DNA of 64,000 nt from Methanomassiliicoccales archaeon (GTDB lineage Archaea; Thermoplasmatota; Thermoplasmata; Methanomassiliicoccales; JAAEEP01), in contig JBKHFJ010000010.1 in NCBI GenBank assembly GCA_046540255.1, positions 2,928 to 66,927 of the forward strand, read 5' to 3'. Both the position numbers and the translations under genes were made by a program. This document shows, in pieces, positions 57,669 to 64,000 of this stretch (its first letter is position 1; every line of letters starts with the position of its first letter). The notes below the pieces were generated by a model. That model searched no databases and had not been told where the DNA came from. It was given only the letters and a program-made list of their open reading frames with translations.

Positions 57669-58673
57669 TCACCCCTTCTCGCGGATGGCCACGTTGATGG
57701 TGGTCTCCCCTATGTCCATCGAGTACATCACCGTCCTCAGGATGCTGTCCAAGATGCTGTTCTGGAGCACCCCGGAGTACCCCTCGGTACTCTGGCCGGG
57801 CCGCTTCTCCTCGCACTCCTCCACCAGTTTGCTCCCCTGGTCGATGACCGAGTTGGCCTCCTCGATGTCCCTCTTGAACAGCGAGTCCACCGCCTCGTCC
57901 AGGATGTGAAGGGCCTTCCTGCTTAGATCGTTCAGCTCCTTGATGGTCTCCGGGTCCAGCTGGTCCTCCCTGGCCTCGGCGGCCAGGTGGGCGATCTTCT
58001 CCGCGTGGTCCCCGATCCTCTCGATCAGCCGGGCGGCCAGCATCAGGTTCACCCCCTCGAAGACATCCACCCCGATGCGCTCGGAGACCTTCCGGTCCTT
58101 GAGGATCATGTTGTACTGCTTGGCCACCATCAGGTAGAGTCGGTCCACGTCCAGGTCCCGGTCGATGACGTCCCTGGAGAGGGAGTCGCCGTCCACCTGG
58201 AGGGAGTCCATGGCATCGGTGTGCATGGACTTCACCAGCAAGTGCATCCGTCGCACGCACTTCTTCTGGGGCAGCTCCCCCGGATCGGAGAGGTCATGCA
58301 GCATCAGGGAGTTCCCGGTCTCCTCGATCACCTCCGGGCCGATGGCCAGGCGGGAGAAGTCCTTCACCACTTTCTTCAGCTCGTAGTCGAACCTTTCCTT
58401 GGACCTTACCTCGATGATCCCGTAGCCGGCCAGGTAGGCGGCGATGAGCTTCCTCATCAGGTGCTCCCCCTGCCTCACATCGTCCACGTGGATGACCTTC
58501 TTGATCGGCTCGTCCTTCTCCGCCGAGGCGCTCTTCAGGGAGAGGCTTCCGTCGGTGAGCACCTCCAGCTCTATCGGATCGCCCTGCTTGAGGCCCTGCT
58601 CCTGCACCCAGCCCTTGGGCAAGGACACGGTCATGGTGGACACACCGGTCTTCTGGATCTTTCTGATCTCCAT
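57669..58673 (-). CDS. phoU: AbrB-type DNA-binding plus PhoU domain phosphate uptake regulator
   Basis: RKIQKTG.ST..VSLPK.W (AbrB), YLAG, D..VDR, ERIGDHA; divergent from the pst operon. Confidence 0.9.
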   Translation of the reverse strand: MEIRKIQKTGVSTMTVSLPKGWVQEQGLKQGDPIELEVLTDGSLSLKSASAEKDEPIKKVIHVDDVRQGEHLMRKLIAAYLAGYGIIEVRSKERFDYELKKVVKDFSRLAIGPEVIEETGNSLMLHDLSDPGELPQKKCVRRMHLLVKSMHTDAMDSLQVDGDSLSRDVIDRDLDVDRLYLMVAKQYNMILKDRKVSERIGVDVFEGVNLMLAARLIERIGDHAEKIAHLAAEAREDQLDPETIKELNDLSRKALHILDEAVDSLFKRDIEEANSVIDQGSKLVEECEEKRPGQSTEGYSGVLQNSILDSILRTVMYSMDIGETTINVAIREKG

Positions 58674-58718
58674 ACTTATTCTCCCTTAGATACGTCTCTT
58701 CTATTTACAGCATCTTTA

Positions 58719-58765
58719 ATATTTATAATAAATATATGAAAGTACCGGAATATGCTTCTGCATAT
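58719..58765. promoter_or_regulatory. AT-rich divergent promoter region with two palindromes
   Basis: ATATTTAT-A-ATAAATAT (58719-58735) and ATATGC-TTCT-GCATAT (58750-58765). Confidence 0.55.
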
Positions 58766-58916
58766 ACAATTTAGACAACATAAATAAGGAGGCAGATTTT
58801 TGTCCGGATTGGTGACCTGAATTGAGGCGTCAAGGAATAACTGGACCATCCAGGTTCCATGCCCAGTTCGGGCCAGCCCTAAGAGTCCTTACCAGGGCTT
58901 CGGGGGGAACAAAAGG

Positions 58917-60659
58917 ATGAATGCGAAATCATTGATAGCGATTGCAGTGGTGGTCGTGGTCGTCATCGCCGCCATCGGTGCCGTCTTCCTGATGGGGGGA
59001 GGCAACGATGACGGGGAGGAGACCATCGCCCAGAAGGGATCGGACACCCTGCTGGAGCTGATGCAGAACGGTGCCGAGCAATTTCACCAGGACCAGACAG
59101 GCATCTCCGTCCAGGTGACCGGTGGAGGATCGGGCACCGGCATAGCCGCCCTGATCAACGGTCAGGTGGACGTGGCCCAGGCCTCCAGGGAGATGAAGGA
59201 CTCGGAGATGGCCGACGCGCAGAGCGCCGGGGTAGACCCGGTCAGGTTCAGGGTGGCAATCGACGGCATCGCCATCGTTGTCAACTCGGACAATACCGTG
59301 GACCAACTGACCATGGAGCAGCTGAAGGGCATCTACGACGGGTCCATCGACAACTGGGAGGAGATCGGCGGGCCGGACGAGGACATCGTGGCCTACGGCA
59401 GGCAGTCCACCTCCGGCACCTACGGCTTCTTCCAGGAGGTCGTGCTGGAGGGCGAGGACTACGCCCAGGACATGCAGTCCATGCAGGGGAACTCCGAGAT
59501 CGTCTCCAGCGTCAAGGATGATGAGCGTGGCATCGGCTACGTGGGCGTCGGCTACGCCGACGGCGCCAGCGGGATCTCCATCGCGAACCTGTCCCAGGAT
59601 GGGGACGATTACTACTCGCCCCTGGACTCGGATGCGGTGTACTCCGAGGACTATCCCCTGTGGCGGTATCTGAACCTGTACGTTGATTCCGACACGGTGG
59701 ATAGCGACAGGATGTTGAGAGTGTGGATCTCCTGGATCCTCGAGCCCTCCGGAGGCCAGGAGGTGGTAGAGAACGTGGGCTTCTACCCCCTATCCCTCGG
59801 GATAATCGACGAGGAGATGGTCAAGCTCGCCAAATCCCAAACCATCGTCCAGAAGGGATCGGACACCCTGCTGGAGCTGATGCAGAACGGAGCGGAGGCC
59901 TTTGATGAAGAGTACGACACCATCTCCGTCCAGGTGACCGGTGGAGGATCGGGCACCGGCATAGCCGCCCTGATCAACGGTCAGGTGGACGTGGCCCAGG
60001 CCTCCAGGGAGATGAAGGACTCGGAGATGGCCGACGCGCAGAGCGCCGGGGTAGACCCGGTCAGGTTCAGGGTGGCAATCGACGGCATCGCCATCGTTGT
60101 CAACTCGGACAATACCGTGGACCAACTGACCATGGAGCAGCTGAAGGGCATCTACGACGGGTCCATCGACAACTGGGAGGAGATCGGCGGGCCGGACGAG
60201 GACATCGTGGCCTACGGCAGGCAGTCCACCTCCGGCACCTACGGCTTCTTCCAGGAGGTCGTGCTGGAGGGCGAGGACTACGCCCAGGACATGCAGTCCA
60301 TGCAGGGGAACTCCGAGATCGTCTCCAGCGTCAAGGATGATGAGCGTGGCATCGGCTACGTGGGCGTCGGCTACGCCGACGGCGCCAGCGGGATCTCCAT
60401 CGCGAACCTGTCCCAGGATGGGGACGATTACTACTCGCCCCTGGACTCGGATGCGGTGTACTCCGAGGACTATCCCCTGTGGCGGTATCTGAACCTGTAC
60501 GTTGATTCCGACACGGTGGATAGCGACAGGATGTTGAGAGTGTGGATCTCCTGGATCCTCGAGCCCTCCGGAGGCCAGGAGGTGGTAGAGAACGTGGGCT
60601 TCTACCCCCTGGACTCCGCCACGATCTCCGAGGAGTTAGCCAAGCTTGGTTACGAATAA
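58917..60659 (+). CDS. pstS: phosphate ABC transporter substrate-binding protein with two tandem PstS domains
   Basis: N-terminal TM anchor; two copies each of KGSDT, GGGSGTGI, ASR, R.STSGT, YPLWRYL. Confidence 0.93.
   Translation: MNAKSLIAIAVVVVVVIAAIGAVFLMGGGNDDGEETIAQKGSDTLLELMQNGAEQFHQDQTGISVQVTGGGSGTGIAALINGQVDVAQASREMKDSEMADAQSAGVDPVRFRVAIDGIAIVVNSDNTVDQLTMEQLKGIYDGSIDNWEEIGGPDEDIVAYGRQSTSGTYGFFQEVVLEGEDYAQDMQSMQGNSEIVSSVKDDERGIGYVGVGYADGASGISIANLSQDGDDYYSPLDSDAVYSEDYPLWRYLNLYVDSDTVDSDRMLRVWISWILEPSGGQEVVENVGFYPLSLGIIDEEMVKLAKSQTIVQKGSDTLLELMQNGAEAFDEEYDTISVQVTGGGSGTGIAALINGQVDVAQASREMKDSEMADAQSAGVDPVRFRVAIDGIAIVVNSDNTVDQLTMEQLKGIYDGSIDNWEEIGGPDEDIVAYGRQSTSGTYGFFQEVVLEGEDYAQDMQSMQGNSEIVSSVKDDERGIGYVGVGYADGASGISIANLSQDGDDYYSPLDSDAVYSEDYPLWRYLNLYVDSDTVDSDRMLRVWISWILEPSGGQEVVENVGFYPLDSATISEELAKLGYE
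59022..60610 (+). repeat. tandem direct repeat, period 819 bp, with apparently identical 690-bp cores (59102-59791 and 59921-60610)
   Basis: Side-by-side reading showed no differences in the core; identical translations in the ORF track. Confidence 0.95.
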
Positions 60660-60759
60660 AGGGGTTTCCGCGAGGGTCTTCCCAATGGCTTTCCTCCTCT
60701 TGACGCGGAATCCCACCAAACCTTTTTCCACTTTATTCAATATTCGGGAGGGGTAAGGA

Positions 60760-61722
60760 ATGGAACTGAGACCCAAACTGGAAGCGATCATAGGTTCGAT
60801 CCGTTCCCGACTTACCGCGGAGAGCATCCGGGATTACATCTTCTCACTCGCCGATAGGGACAACCAGGTCAGGCTCGTCCTGTTCATCGTCTCGCTCGCG
60901 GCACTCTTCACCCTGGGCATGGTCTTCTACTTCCTGTTCAGCGAGGCCCTGCCCGCCTTCATCGAGATCGGCCCTATAGAGATGCTCACCGCTATCAGGT
61001 GGAACCCGACCTCGACGCAGAATCCGATCTACGGCATGGTGCCCCTGATGGCGGGCACCTTCATGGTGAGCATGGTGGCCACCCTGATCGCCATCCCCAT
61101 CGGCATGGGCTGCACCATATACATATTCGAGATAGCTCACCCCAGGATCAGGGGATTCCTGAAGCCGATGATCGAGATACTCGCCGGGGTCCCCTCGGTC
61201 ATCTACGGCTTCTTCGCCCTGGTCATCCTGGCCAGCTGGATCGATCAGGTCTTCGACTCCACCACCAGGCTGAATGCCCTGAACGGGGCGGTGATGCTGG
61301 CGGTGATGATGATCCCGATCATGGTCTCCCTGGCCGAGGACGCCCTGAACTCCGTCCCCCGTGAGCTCAGGGAGGCGTCGTACGCCATGGGGGCCACCAG
61401 GTGGGAGACGCTGAAGGGCGTTCTGATACCGGCCGCCCTGCCGGGGATAACGGCGGCCATAGTGCTCTCCATCGGGAGGGCGATCGGGGAGACCATGACC
61501 GTCCTGATGGCCACCGGCAACTCCCCCGTTATCACGGCGGACATACTGCACTCGATGCAGACCATGACGGCGGCCATCGCCATAGAGATGGGGGAGGTGG
61601 CCCAAGGGAGCTTACACTACCACGCGCTGTTCGCCGTGGGCGTGGTCCTGTTCATCTTCACCTTCATCCTCAACTCGATAGCCGACTGGCTGATGAACAA
61701 GTTCACGGAGGCTTACCAGTGA
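60760..61722 (+). CDS. pstC: phosphate ABC transporter permease PstC
   Basis: EILAGVPSVIYGFF, EASYAMGATRWE, RAIGETM. Confidence 0.95.
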   Translation: MELRPKLEAIIGSIRSRLTAESIRDYIFSLADRDNQVRLVLFIVSLAALFTLGMVFYFLFSEALPAFIEIGPIEMLTAIRWNPTSTQNPIYGMVPLMAGTFMVSMVATLIAIPIGMGCTIYIFEIAHPRIRGFLKPMIEILAGVPSVIYGFFALVILASWIDQVFDSTTRLNALNGAVMLAVMMIPIMVSLAEDALNSVPRELREASYAMGATRWETLKGVLIPAALPGITAAIVLSIGRAIGETMTVLMATGNSPVITADILHSMQTMTAAIAIEMGEVAQGSLHYHALFAVGVVLFIFTFILNSIADWLMNKFTEAYQ

Positions 61723-62576
61723 GGTTGAACCGCAAGTTGAAGGAAAGTATCTACTTCATGCTCTTTCGGGCCTGCGGCGGGATGGTAATACTGGCCCTGG
61801 CCGTGCTGCTCTACTACATAGTATCCGGGGGCATAGATCGACTCTCCTGGGACTTCCTCACCCAGTTCCCCAGGGGAGGGATGATGGAGGGAGGCATATT
61901 CCCCGCCATCATGGGCACCTTCTACCTCATGATAGTGGTCCTTGCCTTCTCCGTTCCCATCGGGGTGTTCTCCGCCGTCTACATGGTGGAGTACCAGCCC
62001 TCCAGGACCTTCTCCAGGATCTGGAGGATCGCCGTGCACAACCTGGCCGGCGTTCCCTCCATCGTGTACGGCCTGCTGGGTCTGGGCCTGTTCGTCCTGT
62101 TCCTGGACTTCGACTTCTCAGTCCTGGCGGGCGGACTGACCCTGGGCCTTCTGGTACTGCCCCTGGTCATCTCGGCCTCCAGGGAGGCGGTCGAGGCCGT
62201 CCCGGACTCCCTCAGGGAGGCGTCGCTGGCCCTGGGGGCGACCAAGTGGCAGACCATCAAGCATCACGTTCTGCCATACTCCATCTCGGGGATCATGACC
62301 GGGATCATACTCTCACTTTCCAGGGCTGCCGGGGAGACGGCACCCATACTGCTGACGGGGGCCACCTACTACATGACCTCCCTGCCGGACTCCCCGTTCT
62401 CGTCCTTCATGGCCCTCCCCTATCACATATTCGCCATGTCCACCCAGGTCGCCGACCTGGAGGTGGGGAGGCAGATCGCCTACGGCACCGCGGTGGTGCT
62501 GCTGGGCCTGGTGATCGGAATGAACCTCATAGCCATCGTGATCAGGAAGAAGTACCGCGAGAAGTACAGGTGGTAG
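61719..62576 (+). CDS. pstA: phosphate ABC transporter permease PstA
   Basis: [40 protein letters not shown]; GTG start at 61719. Confidence 0.95.
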   Translation: MRLNRKLKESIYFMLFRACGGMVILALAVLLYYIVSGGIDRLSWDFLTQFPRGGMMEGGIFPAIMGTFYLMIVVLAFSVPIGVFSAVYMVEYQPSRTFSRIWRIAVHNLAGVPSIVYGLLGLGLFVLFLDFDFSVLAGGLTLGLLVLPLVISASREAVEAVPDSLREASLALGATKWQTIKHHVLPYSISGIMTGIILSLSRAAGETAPILLTGATYYMTSLPDSPFSSFMALPYHIFAMSTQVADLEVGRQIAYGTAVVLLGLVIGMNLIAIVIRKKYREKYRW

Positions 62577-62577
62577 A

Positions 62578-63330
62578 ATGTCGAAGATACAGATCAGGGA
62601 CCTAAACGTGTGGTTCGAGGACAACCACGCCCTCAAGGATGTCAGCATGGATATCCAGGAGAAGGAGATCACCGCCATCATCGGGCCCTCCGGGTGCGGG
62701 AAGTCCACCTTCATCCGGAGCCTGAACAGGATGAACGACACCATACCCATCGCCAGGACCTCCGGTCAGGTGATGGTGGACGGGAAGGACATCTTCTCCA
62801 AGGAGGTGGACGTGGTCGATGTGCGGAAACGCATCGGCATGGTGTTCCAGAAGCCCAACCCCTTTCCCAAGTCCATAAGGGAGAACATCACCTTCGGGCC
62901 CAGGATACACGGGGTAAAGGACAAGAAGGAACTGGACGAGATAGTGGAATGGAGCCTGAAGCGCGCCGCCCTGTGGGAGGAGGTGGGCGATCGAATGGAC
63001 AAGTCCGCCTACGGGCTGTCCGGGGGGCAGCAGCAGAGGCTGTGCATAGCCAGGGCGCTGGCGGTCAGACCCGAGGTCATCCTCTTCGACGAGCCCTGCT
63101 CGGCCCTGGATCCCATAGCCACGTCCAAGATCGAGGACCTGCTGGACGATCTGAAGAGGGATTACACCGTGGTCATAGTGACCCACAACATGCAGCAGGC
63201 CGCCCGGGTGGCCGACCGGACCGCGTTCTTCTACCTGGGGGAGCTGATCGAGTTCGGGGACACCAAGAAGATCTTCGAGAACCCGGACAAGGAGCGCACC
63301 GAACAGTACATCACTGGGAGGATGGGATAG
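62578..63330 (+). CDS. pstB: phosphate ABC transporter ATPase PstB
   Basis: [41 protein letters not shown]. Confidence 0.97.
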   Translation: MSKIQIRDLNVWFEDNHALKDVSMDIQEKEITAIIGPSGCGKSTFIRSLNRMNDTIPIARTSGQVMVDGKDIFSKEVDVVDVRKRIGMVFQKPNPFPKSIRENITFGPRIHGVKDKKELDEIVEWSLKRAALWEEVGDRMDKSAYGLSGGQQQRLCIARALAVRPEVILFDEPCSALDPIATSKIEDLLDDLKRDYTVVIVTHNMQQAARVADRTAFFYLGELIEFGDTKKIFENPDKERTEQYITGRMG

Positions 63331-64000
63331 TGACGACCAGAAAGGTATTCACCGAGGAGCTGGAGGAGCTTAACAGGGAGGTCACCGAGATGGCCGATAA
63401 GGCCAGGAGGGCCATCGAACTGGGCGTGGAGGCCTTCATTGACTGCGACGAGGACATCAAGAGGAAGGTGGAGGATCTGGACGAGGACCTCTACAACCTG
63501 GAGATGAAGATCGAGAAGCACTCCCTGGACGTCATCGCCCTTCACGCCCCCGTGGCCAAGGACCTGAGGATGGTCTCCACCTACCTGAAGATCATCACCG
63601 ACCTCAATCGCATTGGACGGTACGCATTGAACATCGCCGAGTTCACGGACGTTATGGATAAGAAGCCACACTTCAAGAAGCTGGTCTCCATACCCCACAT
63701 GTCAGATGTGGTCACCAGCATGGTGGACATGGCGGTGGAGAGCTTCACCCAGCGGGACGTGGATGAGGCCATCGAGCTGTTCAAGAAGGACGATGAGGCC
63801 GACCACCTGTGGGACAGCATCTTCCGGGAGTCCCTGACCTACATGATCGAGGATCCCAAGAAGATCACCCGGGGCACCTACTACATACTGGTGGCAAGGT
63901 ATCTGGAGAGGATCGCCGACCACGCCTGCAACATCGGGGAGCGCGTCGTCTATATGGTCACCGGGGAGAGGGTCAAGCAGAGGGACCTGAAGGGGAAGGG
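63330..64000 (+). CDS. phoU: phosphate signalling protein PhoU (runs to window end)
   Basis: Manual translation from GTG at 63330: MTTRKVFTEELEEL...PVAKDLR...DLNRIGRYA...RYLERIADHACNI. Confidence 0.93.
   Translation, partial: MTTRKVFTEELEELNREVTEMADKARRAIELGVEAFIDCDEDIKRKVEDLDEDLYNLEMKIEKHSLDVIALHAPVAKDLRMVSTYLKIITDLNRIGRYALNIAEFTDVMDKKPHFKKLVSIPHMSDVVTSMVDMAVESFTQRDVDEAIELFKKDDEADHLWDSIFRESLTYMIEDPKKITRGTYYILVARYLERIADHACNIGERVVYMVTGERVKQRDLKGK

Noticed and set aside
1-64000. CRISPR arrays, transposases, integrases, prophage or defence systems
   Set aside because: No spaced short repeats or corresponding protein motifs were seen; nearly all sequence is explained by housekeeping genes.

Overview
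GC-rich archaeal chromosomal window, most consistent with Thermoplasmata (Methanomassiliicoccales-like). This is inferred from archaeal Dph5, Trm5, pelota, AroA'/AroB', GHMP shikimate kinase, CobY/CbiZ/CobZ and the DUF39 homocysteine pathway. It is almost entirely housekeeping. Contents: mre11-rad50, a divergent FtsZ-family gene, a corrinoid uptake and salvage cluster (btuFCD-cobD-cbiB-cbiS-cobS-cobY with convergent cobT), hypF, gcvH, MTA phosphorylase, a his-lysC-pheA operon, a short accessory stretch, an aro-asd-homocysteine operon, carAB, pelota, a (homo)citrate synthase/aconitase/dehydrogenase operon and a pst/phoU locus. No tRNA, rRNA, CRISPR array or transposase was seen. The best unexplained signal is a 21-bp palindrome (AGTWGGAT-TATAC-ATCCAACT; 23/24 identical between copies) in the promoters of both corrinoid transcription units, with no B12 riboswitch and no adjacent regulator. 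This suggests a protein-controlled cobalamin regulon. Other notable items are an apparently identical 690-bp internal duplication in pstS, a probable ATA start for cobS, a degenerate FtsZ, and several small ORFs and structured intergenic elements. All calls are by eye; no database searches were run.
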